From contig CAWGZT010000008.1 of the NCBI GenBank assembly GCA_963827195.1, positions 127,708 through 191,707 on the forward strand: DNA of 64,000 nt, read 5' to 3'. The DNA comes from an uncultured Actinomycetota bacterium (GTDB taxonomy: Bacteria > Actinomycetota > Actinomycetes > Propionibacteriales > Nocardioidaceae). Shown here in pieces: positions 1 to 8,215 of this stretch. The notes under the pieces were generated by a model. That model was not told where the DNA came from. It was given only the letters and a program-made list of their open reading frames with translations, and ran no database searches. The first letter of the stretch is position 1; the number at the start of each line of letters is the position of its first letter. Position numbers and translations under genes: made by a program.

Positions 1-67
1 TTGCTTGGAGTACGAACCTTCGTCGTCCAACCGACAGTTTCACCGGCCGGCCGGTGAATCTGTCCCG
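1..67. repeat. Copy A of a duplicated 67-bp intergenic element; contains 21 of 22 nt of the palindrome TTTCACCGGCCGGCCGGTGAAA (38-58)
   Basis: Read directly: 1-67 matches 168-234 with 2 mismatches. The window starts inside or at the element, so its left boundary is unknown. Confidence 0.8.
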
Positions 68-167
68 GCCGCCCGCCCCGATCGACGCGCCCACACGAGT
101 CGTACGCGCAAGCCAACGCCTCACGCGTCACACTGGCACCACGCGTGACTGCCTGGCGATGAAACTG

Positions 168-234
168 TTGCTTGGAGTACGAACCTTCATCGTCCAACCG
201 ACAGTTTCACCGGCCGGCCGGTGAAACTGTCCCG
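168..234. repeat. Copy B of the 67-bp element; carries the perfect 22-bp palindrome TTTCACCGGCCGGCCGGTGAAA at 205-226
   Basis: Direct comparison with 1-67. Looser similarity continues about 25-55 nt to the right of both copies (..CCCCGA..ATCGACGC..CACAC). Lies 75 bp upstream of recQ. Confidence 0.8.
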
Positions 235-308
235 TCCGGCAGCCCCGACCACCCCACCAACATCGACGCACCGGCACACCTGTCGGAGGCCGCTGGTAGA
301 CAGGCCGG

Positions 309-2420
309 GTGACTTCGACCCAGACGCCGACCGCCGACCGCCGACGCGTGCGTGACAGCGCGGAGGCGCACCTGCGGGCGCTGGTGGGTCGCGACGACGT
401 GACGTTGCGCGAGGACCAGTGGACCGCGATCGAGGCGCTGGCGATCGACAAGCGGCGCTCGCTGGTGGTGCAGCGCACGGGGTGGGGCAAGTCGGCGGTC
501 TACTTCGTGGCGACGCTCCTGCTGCGTGAGCAGGGGGCGGGGCCCACGGTGATCGTCTCGCCGCTGCTCGCCCTGATGCGCAACCAGATCGCGGCCGCCG
601 AGCGTGCCGGCATCCGCGCGGTGACGATCAACTCCACCAACCTCTCCGACTGGGAGGCCACCCACGACGCGATCCGGGCCGGCGAGGTCGACGTGCTCCT
701 GGTCAGTCCCGAGCGGCTCAACAACCCCGGCTTCCGCGACGAGGTGCTCCCGCGCCTGGCCGCCACCTGCGGCCTCCTCGTCGTCGACGAGGCGCACTGC
801 ATCTCCGACTGGGGTCACGACTTCCGCCCCGACTACCGCCGCATCCGCACCCTGCTCGACGACCTGCCCACGGGCATCCCGGTGCTCGCGACGACCGCCA
901 CCGCCAACGCGCGGGTGACCTCCGACGTGAGCGAGCAGCTGGGCCGCGACGTCGTGGTCCTGCGCGGCTCGCTCGACCGGGAGTCGCTGCGGCTCGGGGT
1001 CGTCCACCTGAAGACCGCCCAGCAGCGGCTCGCCTGGTTGGCCGACCACCTGGCCGAGCAGCCCGGCTCCGGGATCGTCTACTGCCTGACGGTCGCCGCC
1101 ACCCAGGAGGTCGCCGACTACCTGCGCTCCCGCGGCCACGACGTCGCCGCCTACTCCGGCCAGACCGAGCAGACCGAGCGGCTCTCGCTCGAGGCCGACC
1201 TGATCGCCGGCCGGGTCAAGGCGCTGGTCGCGACGAGTGCGCTCGGGATGGGCTTCGACGCGACCCTCGGCTTCGTGGTCAACCTCGGGGCGCCGTCGTC
1301 CCCGGTGGCCTACTACCAGCAGGTCGGCCGTGCCGGACGAGGCCTCGCCAAGGATGGTGACCGGGCCACGGTGGTGCTCCTGCCCGCGCTCGAGGACCGC
1401 GACATCTGGGCCTACTTCGCCTCGCTCGCCTTCCCCCGCGAGGAGCTGGTCCGCCAGACCTTGCAGGTCCTCGGCGAGGAGGGGCGCGCGATGAGCACCG
1501 CGGCGCTCGAGACCCGCGTCGAGCTCAACCGCAACCGGCTCGAGACGATGCTCAAGGTGCTCGACGTCGACGGCGCCGTACGCCGGGTCCGCGGCGGGTG
1601 GGAGTCCACCGGCCAGGACTGGGCCTACGACGAGGAGCGCTACCGCCGCGTCGCCGAGGCGCGCGACCGCGAGCAGCAGGCGATGCTCGACTACCTGCGC
1701 ACCACCGAGTGCCGCATGTGGTTCCTCCGCGACCAGCTCGACGACCCCGACGCGGCGCGCTGCGGCCGCTGCGACAACTGCGGTGGCCTCGCGCTCTCCT
1801 CCGACGTCTCGGCGGCCGCGGTCGACGAGGCCCAGGCGCGGCTGTCCCGGCCGGGCGTGGTCGTCGAGCCCCGCAAGATGTGGCCCTCGGGCCTGGCCTC
1901 GATGGGCATCGACCTCAAGGGCAAGCTCTCCCGCGGCGCCTCCGAGGGCCGTGCGATCGCCCGCCTGACGGATCTCGGCTACGGCCAGGCGCTGCGCGAG
2001 CTCTTCCGCCCGGGCGCCGGCGACGGCCCGGTGCCGGTCGGGCTCGTCCAGGCGATGGTCGAGGTGCTGGGCGACTGGCGACCTCACGTCCAGGGCATCG
2101 CGGTCGTCGAGTCGGCGTCCCGATCGGCGCTCACCGCCGATCTCGCCGACGGTCTCTCGCGTTACCTCAAGGTGCCGGTCGTGGCTCACTACGCGATCGT
2201 CGACCCCGACGTCGCGCCCGGTCAGGGCGCGATGAACTCCGCCCAGCGCGTCGCCGCCGTCGGGCGCCGCTATGCGCTGCAGGGCGAGGTGCCGGCCGGC
2301 CCGGTCCTGCTGGTCGACGACCTCGTCGTCACCGGCTGGACGCTCACCCGCGCCGCCCACGCGCTGCGTCAGGCCGGCGCGACCGAGGTGTTCCCGGTGG
2401 CGCTGGCGCTCCAGTCCTGA
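309..2420 (+). CDS. recQ: RecQ-family ATP-dependent DNA helicase with C-terminal ComF/PRTase-like domain
   Basis: 703 aa, GTG start. Walker A QRTGWGKSAVYF, DEAH box VVDEAHCISDWGHDFRPDY, RecQ Zn cluster CRMWFL..CGRCDNC. C-terminus has a PRPP-loop-like VLLVDDLVVTGWTL. Confidence 0.9.
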   Translation: MTSTQTPTADRRRVRDSAEAHLRALVGRDDVTLREDQWTAIEALAIDKRRSLVVQRTGWGKSAVYFVATLLLREQGAGPTVIVSPLLALMRNQIAAAERAGIRAVTINSTNLSDWEATHDAIRAGEVDVLLVSPERLNNPGFRDEVLPRLAATCGLLVVDEAHCISDWGHDFRPDYRRIRTLLDDLPTGIPVLATTATANARVTSDVSEQLGRDVVVLRGSLDRESLRLGVVHLKTAQQRLAWLADHLAEQPGSGIVYCLTVAATQEVADYLRSRGHDVAAYSGQTEQTERLSLEADLIAGRVKALVATSALGMGFDATLGFVVNLGAPSSPVAYYQQVGRAGRGLAKDGDRATVVLLPALEDRDIWAYFASLAFPREELVRQTLQVLGEEGRAMSTAALETRVELNRNRLETMLKVLDVDGAVRRVRGGWESTGQDWAYDEERYRRVAEARDREQQAMLDYLRTTECRMWFLRDQLDDPDAARCGRCDNCGGLALSSDVSAAAVDEAQARLSRPGVVVEPRKMWPSGLASMGIDLKGKLSRGASEGRAIARLTDLGYGQALRELFRPGAGDGPVPVGLVQAMVEVLGDWRPHVQGIAVVESASRSALTADLADGLSRYLKVPVVAHYAIVDPDVAPGQGAMNSAQRVAAVGRRYALQGEVPAGPVLLVDDLVVTGWTLTRAAHALRQAGATEVFPVALALQS

Positions 2421-2437
2421 GCGACACCCTGGACGCT

Positions 2438-2457
2438 GACTAGAACGAGTTCTAGTC
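2438..2457. promoter_or_regulatory. Perfect 20-bp palindrome GACTAGAAC-GA-GTTCTAGTC, 8 nt before the start of the next gene
   Basis: Read directly in the 45-bp recQ/2466 spacer. No obvious Shine-Dalgarno between it and the ATG. Could be an operator or a weak recQ terminator. Confidence 0.5.
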
Positions 2458-2465
2458 TGACGCGC

Positions 2466-3506
2466 ATGCCCCAGCCCCTGCGCGTCATCCAGTGGACGAC
2501 CGGCAACATCGGCCGCCGCTCCCTGCACGCGATCCTCGCCCGCCCCGACCTCGAGCTGGTGGGGGTCTTCGCCCACGGCGCGGACAAGGTGGGCCGCGAC
2601 GCGGCGGAGCTGTGCGACTGGCCCTCGCCGACCGGCGTACGAGCCACCGACGACGTCGACGCGCTCCTCGCCCTGGGCGCCGATGCCTGCTGCTACAACC
2701 CGTTGTGGCCCAGCATCGACGACCTGGTGCGTCTGCTCGAGGCGGGCGTCAACGTGTGCTCGAGCGCCGCATGGATCACGGGCGGCAAGCAGTCTCCCGC
2801 CGACCTGGACCGGATCCGCGACGCCTGCCGCAAGGGGAGTTCGACGATCTTCGGCAGCGGCGCCCACCCCGGGCTGACCAACATGGTCGGCATGGTGCTC
2901 AGCGGTGCGTGCGAGCGCGTCGACGAGATCCGGATCACCGAGTCGGTCGACTGCTCGACCTACGAGTCGGCCGGCACCCAGACCGCGATGGGCTTCTCGC
3001 AGTCACCCGACACCCCGGGCCTGGCCGAGTCGGTGCGGGTGGAGAGCGAGGTCTTCGCCGAGTCGGCCGCGATGATGGCCGACGCGATGGGCGTCACGCT
3101 CGACCGGATGAGCTTCGACGTCGAGTTCACCACCGCCACCGGCGACTCCGACCTCGGGTTCATGCAGATCCCGGCGGGGACCGTCGCCGGGGTGATGGGC
3201 TACCACCGCGGCTGGGTCGGGGATCGCAACGTCGTCAGCGTCGGCTTCAACTGGACCATGGGCTCCCACGTCGTCCCGCCCAAGCCGCTCGCGCACGGCC
3301 ACGTCATCCAGGTCTTCGGCCTGCCCAACATGCGCACGGTCATCCACTGCCTGCCGCCCGCCGACTGGACCGAGGAGGGCTTCATGGGACTCGGGATGGT
3401 CTACACCGCGATGCCCGTCACCAACGCCGTCCCGGCCGTCGTCGCCGCCGCCCCGGGCATCGCGACCCTGGCCGACCTGCCGGTCGTGACCGGGCGCGTC
3501 CTCTAG
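2466..3506 (+). CDS. NAD(P)-binding amine dehydrogenase / dihydrodipicolinate-reductase-like oxidoreductase
   Basis: 346 aa. N-terminus RVIQWTTGNIGRRSLHAILARPDLELVGVF is typical of the DapB-N-like (2,4-diaminopentanoate dehydrogenase-like) family, recalled from memory. Confidence 0.75.
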   Translation: MPQPLRVIQWTTGNIGRRSLHAILARPDLELVGVFAHGADKVGRDAAELCDWPSPTGVRATDDVDALLALGADACCYNPLWPSIDDLVRLLEAGVNVCSSAAWITGGKQSPADLDRIRDACRKGSSTIFGSGAHPGLTNMVGMVLSGACERVDEIRITESVDCSTYESAGTQTAMGFSQSPDTPGLAESVRVESEVFAESAAMMADAMGVTLDRMSFDVEFTTATGDSDLGFMQIPAGTVAGVMGYHRGWVGDRNVVSVGFNWTMGSHVVPPKPLAHGHVIQVFGLPNMRTVIHCLPPADWTEEGFMGLGMVYTAMPVTNAVPAVVAAAPGIATLADLPVVTGRVL

Positions 3507-3577
3507 CCCCCGGCGTACGACGCTCGCTCACCGCTCGTTGCCGCACCAACCGGGTCCCGAGCGTGCGTCCGCCCGGG

Positions 3578-4063
3578 TCAGGCGAGCTGGGCCTGGATGG
3601 CGGTGACGAGCCGTTCGTCCCGGGGCTCGACCCCCGGCCCGAAGCGCGCGACCACGGAGCCGTCGGCCGCGAGGAGGAACTTCTCGAAGTTCCACTGCAC
3701 GTCCCCGACCGTGCCGCCCTCGTCGGGCGTCGAGACGAGCTGGGAGTAGACCGGGTGCCGCTCGTCGCCGTTGACGTCGATCTTCTCGCTCATCGGGAAG
3801 CTGACGCCGTAGGTCGCGGAGCAGAACTCCGCGATCTCCTCGGAGCTGCCGGGCTCCTGCCCGCCGAACTGGTTGCACGGCAGCCCCACCACGGTGAACC
3901 GCTCGCCGAGCTCGGACTGCAGCTCCTCGAGACCGGTGTACTGCGGCGTCAGGCCACACCTGCTCGCGACGTTGACCAGCAGCGCGGGCTTGCCACCCGT
4001 GAGGTCACCGAGCGTGCCGGGGGTGCCGTCGAGGCGGGCCAGGGGGAGGTCGAGAAGGCTCAT
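3578..4063 (-). CDS. gpx: Glutathione peroxidase
   Basis: 161 aa. Motifs LLVNVASRCGLTPQY, CNQFGGQEPG, WNFEKFL. Confidence 0.9.
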   Translation of the reverse strand: MSLLDLPLARLDGTPGTLGDLTGGKPALLVNVASRCGLTPQYTGLEELQSELGERFTVVGLPCNQFGGQEPGSSEEIAEFCSATYGVSFPMSEKIDVNGDERHPVYSQLVSTPDEGGTVGDVQWNFEKFLLAADGSVVARFGPGVEPRDERLVTAIQAQLA

Positions 4064-4091
4064 GGCGGCAAGCCTAGGTGCACCCTGCCGA

Positions 4092-4460
4092 CGGTGCGGG
4101 TGGGTCTCGACACGAGCTCGCTGCGCTCGCTCGGCTCGACCACCGACACTCCGTCCCGGGGGACCTGCCGTCGGGTTCGTTGGTCGAGCCGGTGAGGAGC
4201 GCCAGCGACGAACGGCGGTCGAGACCCCGCGAGGCGCGGGGCGCGGAGGGCCCGGTCAGGGAACGGATCGTCGGTGCGGGTGGGTCTCGACACGAGCTCG
4301 CTGCGCTCGCTCGGCTCGACACCGACACTCCGTCCCGGGGGACCTGCGTGGGATTCGTTGGTCGAGCCAGTGAGGAGCGCCAGCGACGAACGGCGGTCGA
4401 GACCCCGCGAGGCGCGGGGCCGGGGGGCGGGACCCGGTCAGGGAACGGATCGTCGGTGCG
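4092..4460. repeat. Tandem duplication of a ~180-bp palindromic element: two full copies (4092-4271, 4272-4453) plus the first ~7 nt of a third
   Basis: Read directly. CGGTGCGGGTGGGTCTCGACACGAGCTCGCTGCGCTCGCTCGGCTCGAC recurs at 4092 and 4272. Copies differ by a few substitutions and small indels. Each unit has internal inverted arms (GGGTCTCGAC ... GTCGAGACCC). ORFs in the track here are repeat artefacts. Confidence 0.85.
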
Positions 4461-4508
4461 AGGCGTTAGCGTCGGGAGTCCCCCCGACCGCACCCGAACC
4501 ACCTGATC

Positions 4509-7313
4509 GTGAGGTCGCCCGTGAGCTTCGTGCCCGTGACCGGCCCGGCCACGTTCCGTGCGGCGGTTCCGCCGCGCGAGGGGGTCGTGGAGTTCAGCGA
4601 CGAGCGCCGCACGATCGTGCTGCCGATCCGGGCGGCGCTGCCGGTGCTGACCAAGGCGCACGCCCGCGACGACGTGCACCCCAGCGTCGGGCTGCTCAGC
4701 GGGGCGGTGCTGCTGGGCATGCGCCTCGTGGCCGCGGGCAAGTTCGAGCCCGACGAGGCGGGACGCAGCTGGCGGGCCAGCCCGCTCGATGCGGGCGACA
4801 CCGACCGGGTGGAGATGCTGGCGCGCTCACGGGCCCACGGCGACCTCGGCGAGCGCGACGCACAGGCGCTGGTGCGGCAGGTCCTCGACGCGGTGAGCGA
4901 CGCCATGCCCCGCTCGGCCCCGCTGTCGACCGCCCACCGCGCGGGCACCCCGAGCCGGCAGACGACGTCCGGCGCGACGGAGCCGGACCGTCAGCGCGGA
5001 GGTCACGGTTTCGAGTCCCGGCTGCGCCAGCGGCTGGCCCGTCACCGCTCCGACGCCGACTCCGACCTGCCCCAGCTCGTCACGATCTCGCTGCGGGTCG
5101 AGGCCGACGAGGAGGAGCTGGTCGCCGGGGCGGTCCGGCTCGTGCTGCAGGTGCACGACGAGCAGAACCCGCTCCACCTCTGCGACGCGGCGGTGCTCTT
5201 CACCGAGAGCGGGCCGAGCGCCGCCCACGGCTTCGGTGAGCGTGCCCGCACCCACGCCAGCATCGCCCTGCGGGCGGCGGCCGACGTCTGGCCGGTGCTC
5301 GACCGGCTCCTCGAGCTGCGCGTGCCCGACGAGATCACCCTCGACACCGACGAGCTGGTGAGCCTGCTCGAGGACGGCGTCGGCGCCCTGAAGGACCGCG
5401 GCATCGACGTCCTCTGGCCGCGCAGCCTGGGGCGGGACCTGACCGCGAGCGCGGTGCTCGACCGCACCTCGCCCCCCGGTGGCGCAGGCAAGGGCCAGCA
5501 CGGGGGCCAGCGCGGGGGCCAGCGCGAGGAGCCGCTGCACGAGGGGCTCTTCGGCACCGCCGCCATGTTTGCCTTCAAGTGGCAGCTGGCGCTGCACGGC
5601 GACCCGCTGACCCCCGACGAGATGGACGAGCTCGCGCAGGCCACCGCTCCGATCCTCAAGCTCCGCGGCAGCTGGACCGTGGTCGACCCGGCGATGGCCA
5701 GACGCGCGCGCAAGCGGCTGGTCCGCACGGTCAAGCCGGTGCAGGCGGTCGCTGCCGCCCTGACCGGCGTGGTCCAGCTCGAGCCCGCCGACGACCGCGG
5801 TGGGACGCAGGAGACCTCGGTCGTCGTCGGCGCCTCCCTGCTCAAGGTGCGCGAGCAGCTGCTCACCGCAGCGACCCGCGATCCCGTGGAGCCCTCGCCG
5901 CACCTGCGCGCCGAGCTGCGCGACTACCAGCGCCACGGCCTGACCTGGTTGGCCGACCTCACCTCGCTCGGGCTCGGCGCGTGCCTCGCCGACGACATGG
6001 GCCTGGGCAAGACCGTCACCCTGATCGCCCTTCACCTGCACCGTCGCGACGCCGGCGCGACCGGCCCGACGCTCGTGGTGTGTCCCGCCAGCCTGCTGGG
6101 CAACTGGGAGGCCGAGATCCACCGCTTCGCCCCGGGCGTCGGCGTACGCCGCTTCCACGGCACGCAGCGCTCGCTCGACGGCCTCGAGAGCGACGGCGGC
6201 TTCGTGCTCACGACCTACGGCACGATGCGCGTCGACCACGCCACCTTGGAGAAGGTGCCGTGGGACCTCGTGGTCGCCGACGAGGCGCAGCACGTGAAGA
6301 ACCCGCAGTCCTCCACGGCGCGGGCCCTGCGCGCCATCCCCAGCCAGGGGCGCGTCGCGCTGACCGGCACCCCGGTGGAGAACAACCTGACCGAGCTCTG
6401 GGCGATCCTCGACTGGGCGACCCCGGGGCTGCTGGGCAGCCGCAACGCCTTCCGCAAGGTCTGGGCCGGGCCGATCGAGTCGGGCCTCGAGCCGACCAAG
6501 GCGCGCCAGTTCGCCGACCTGATCGGTCCGTTCCTGCTGCGTCGGCGCAAGTCCGACCCCGGCATCGCCCCCGAGCTGCCGGCCAAGACCGAGACCGACC
6601 ACCCGCTGGGGCTGACCCAGGAGCAGGTCGTCCTCTACGAGTCGTTCGTGCGCGACTCCATGCGCCGCATCGAGGAGGCCGACGAGGAGACCCGACGCGG
6701 CCTGGTCCTGGCGCTGCTCACCGGGCTCAAGCAGATCTGCAACCACCCGGCCCACTTCCTCAAGCAGTCCAACGGCCGGCTGGCCGGGCGCTCGGAGAAG
6801 CTCGACCTCCTCGACGAGCTCATCGGCACGGTCCTGGCCGAGGACGGGGCGGTGCTGCTGTTCACCCAGTACGTCGCCATGGCCCGGCTCCTCGAGACCC
6901 ACTTCGCCAAGGCCTCGATCCCGCACCAGTTCCTCCACGGCGGCACCCCGGTGCGTGAGCGCGAGGCGATGGTCAAGCGCTTCCAGGCCGGCGAGGTGCC
7001 GGTCTTCCTGCTCTCCCTCAAGGCCGGCGGCACCGGCCTCAACCTGACCCGCGCCGACCACGTGATCCACGTGGACCGGTGGTGGAACCCCGCCGTCGAG
7101 GACCAGGCGACCGACCGCGCCTACCGGATCGGCCAGACCCGCCCGGTCCAGGTGCACCGACTCATCACCCAGGGCACGATCGAGGAGAAGGTCGCCGAGC
7201 TGCTCACCCGCAAGCGGGCCCTGGCCGACTCGGTGCTGGGCAGCGGTGAGGCCGCGCTCACCGAGCTGAGCAACGACGAGCTCCGCGACCTGGTGACGTT
7301 GCGGAGGCCGTGA
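4509..7313 (+). CDS. SNF2/RAD54-family helicase (HelZ-like)
   Basis: 934 aa. SNF2_N motifs LADDMGLGKT and VVADEAQHVKN. Helicase-C motifs LSLKAGGTGLNLT and DRWWNPAVEDQATDRAYRIGQ. The start could instead be the GTG at 4521. Confidence 0.9.
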   Translation: MRSPVSFVPVTGPATFRAAVPPREGVVEFSDERRTIVLPIRAALPVLTKAHARDDVHPSVGLLSGAVLLGMRLVAAGKFEPDEAGRSWRASPLDAGDTDRVEMLARSRAHGDLGERDAQALVRQVLDAVSDAMPRSAPLSTAHRAGTPSRQTTSGATEPDRQRGGHGFESRLRQRLARHRSDADSDLPQLVTISLRVEADEEELVAGAVRLVLQVHDEQNPLHLCDAAVLFTESGPSAAHGFGERARTHASIALRAAADVWPVLDRLLELRVPDEITLDTDELVSLLEDGVGALKDRGIDVLWPRSLGRDLTASAVLDRTSPPGGAGKGQHGGQRGGQREEPLHEGLFGTAAMFAFKWQLALHGDPLTPDEMDELAQATAPILKLRGSWTVVDPAMARRARKRLVRTVKPVQAVAAALTGVVQLEPADDRGGTQETSVVVGASLLKVREQLLTAATRDPVEPSPHLRAELRDYQRHGLTWLADLTSLGLGACLADDMGLGKTVTLIALHLHRRDAGATGPTLVVCPASLLGNWEAEIHRFAPGVGVRRFHGTQRSLDGLESDGGFVLTTYGTMRVDHATLEKVPWDLVVADEAQHVKNPQSSTARALRAIPSQGRVALTGTPVENNLTELWAILDWATPGLLGSRNAFRKVWAGPIESGLEPTKARQFADLIGPFLLRRRKSDPGIAPELPAKTETDHPLGLTQEQVVLYESFVRDSMRRIEEADEETRRGLVLALLTGLKQICNHPAHFLKQSNGRLAGRSEKLDLLDELIGTVLAEDGAVLLFTQYVAMARLLETHFAKASIPHQFLHGGTPVREREAMVKRFQAGEVPVFLLSLKAGGTGLNLTRADHVIHVDRWWNPAVEDQATDRAYRIGQTRPVQVHRLITQGTIEEKVAELLTRKRALADSVLGSGEAALTELSNDELRDLVTLRRP

Positions 7314-8017
7314 CCGTGCAGGCCTCCACCGTCGTCCACTCGCGTCTCCCGGCCCGCACCCGCACCGCACGCGCCAGCACCTGGTGGGGCAAGGCCTGGG
7401 TGCGCGCGGTCGAGGAGGCGGCCTACGCCGAGGGCGACCTGCGGCGTGCCCGCCGGCTGGCCCGCGGGGGTCACGTCGGTGGCATCACCGTCTCGCCCGG
7501 GGGGTTCGTCGCGAGCGTGGAGGACGACGGCGGGCTGGTCACCGCGTCGGGGACCGTGCCCGAGCTCGACGCTGCCGGTCGGGACGCGCTGGTCGAGACC
7601 GTGGCCGCGGAGTCCGGCCGCGTGGCCGCCCTGCTGGCCGGCGACCTGCCCCACACCCTGGTCGAGCACGCCGACCAGCTCGGCGCCGAGCTGCTGCCCT
7701 TCGGGGGCGAGCTGGGCTCCTCGTGCACCTGCGGATTCTGGGCCGACCCCTGCCCGCACGCGTTGGCGGTGCTCTACCAGCTGACCTGGCTCGTCGAGGC
7801 CGACCCCTTCGTCCTCCTCCACCTGCGCGGCCTCCCTCGCGACGCACTCCTCGCCGAGCTGCACGAGCGCTCGACCACGACGACCCCCGCCGCGTCGGCT
7901 CCCGGCGACCTGGTCGAGGAGGAAGACGTGGACACCGCGGTGGACGCGGCGCTGCGCGCGGCCCGGATCCTCGCGCTCGTCGACGACCCGGCCACCGGCA
8001 TCGACCACCTCTTCTGA
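7310..8017 (+). CDS. SWIM zinc-finger protein, the usual partner of HelZ-like SNF2 helicases
   Basis: 235 aa. Its GTG overlaps the SNF2 stop (GTGA). SWIM signature CTCGFWADPCPHALAV. Confidence 0.85.
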   Translation: MTVQASTVVHSRLPARTRTARASTWWGKAWVRAVEEAAYAEGDLRRARRLARGGHVGGITVSPGGFVASVEDDGGLVTASGTVPELDAAGRDALVETVAAESGRVAALLAGDLPHTLVEHADQLGAELLPFGGELGSSCTCGFWADPCPHALAVLYQLTWLVEADPFVLLHLRGLPRDALLAELHERSTTTTPAASAPGDLVEEEDVDTAVDAALRAARILALVDDPATGIDHLF

Positions 8018-8046
8018 GGGCCCGAGGCCGCACTTCCCACGGCGAG

Positions 8047-8086
8047 ACGCCACCTCCCTCGGGGTGCTCACCGTGGGAGGTGGCGT
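8047..8086 (+). terminator. GC-rich hairpin: 12-bp perfect stem ACGCCACCTCCC / GGGAGGTGGCGT, 16-nt loop, followed by TTTCGG
   Basis: Read directly, 30 nt after the SWIM stop and about 130 nt before arr. An alternative pairing CCCACGG/CCGTGGG overlaps it. Confidence 0.6.
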
Positions 8087-8215
8087 TTCGGCTGCATACC
8101 TTGGTGGACCGGCGCTCGCCGCATCCCCGGCCGGCGACTTCCGACCACATCCCCGGCCCCAGCGCTCCCGCTGGGTAGCGTGGCGGGGACGGCCGACCGG
8201 AGCAGGAGGGACGCC

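Noticed and set aside
12-30. LexA (SOS) box upstream of recQ within the 67-bp repeat (ACGAACCTTCGTCGT)
   Set aside because: Only one half-site (CGAAC) fits the actinobacterial TCGAAC-N4-GTTCGA consensus. The second half is mismatched in both copies.
207-2867. 886-aa ORF on the minus strand covering recQ
   Set aside because: It is antisense to a gene with unmistakable RecQ motifs. The translation is Arg/Gly/Ala/Pro-rich low complexity, typical of shadow ORFs in high-GC DNA.
4078-4506. ORFs of 140-200 aa inside the 180-bp tandem repeat
   Set aside because: Every frame is open only because of GC richness. The translations merely repeat with the DNA period and there are no start or RBS signals.
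4827-7370. 847-aa minus-strand ORF, plus several 270-460-aa ORFs in other frames over the SNF2 helicase
   Set aside because: Shadow ORFs. Only the + frame from 4509 to 7313 carries helicase motifs.
4509-8017. SNF2 helicases as parts of DISARM or other defence islands
   Set aside because: No DUF1998, PLD, methyltransferase or other partner genes are present. The first helicase has the SWIM partner typical of the conserved HelZ pair, and the second stands alone.
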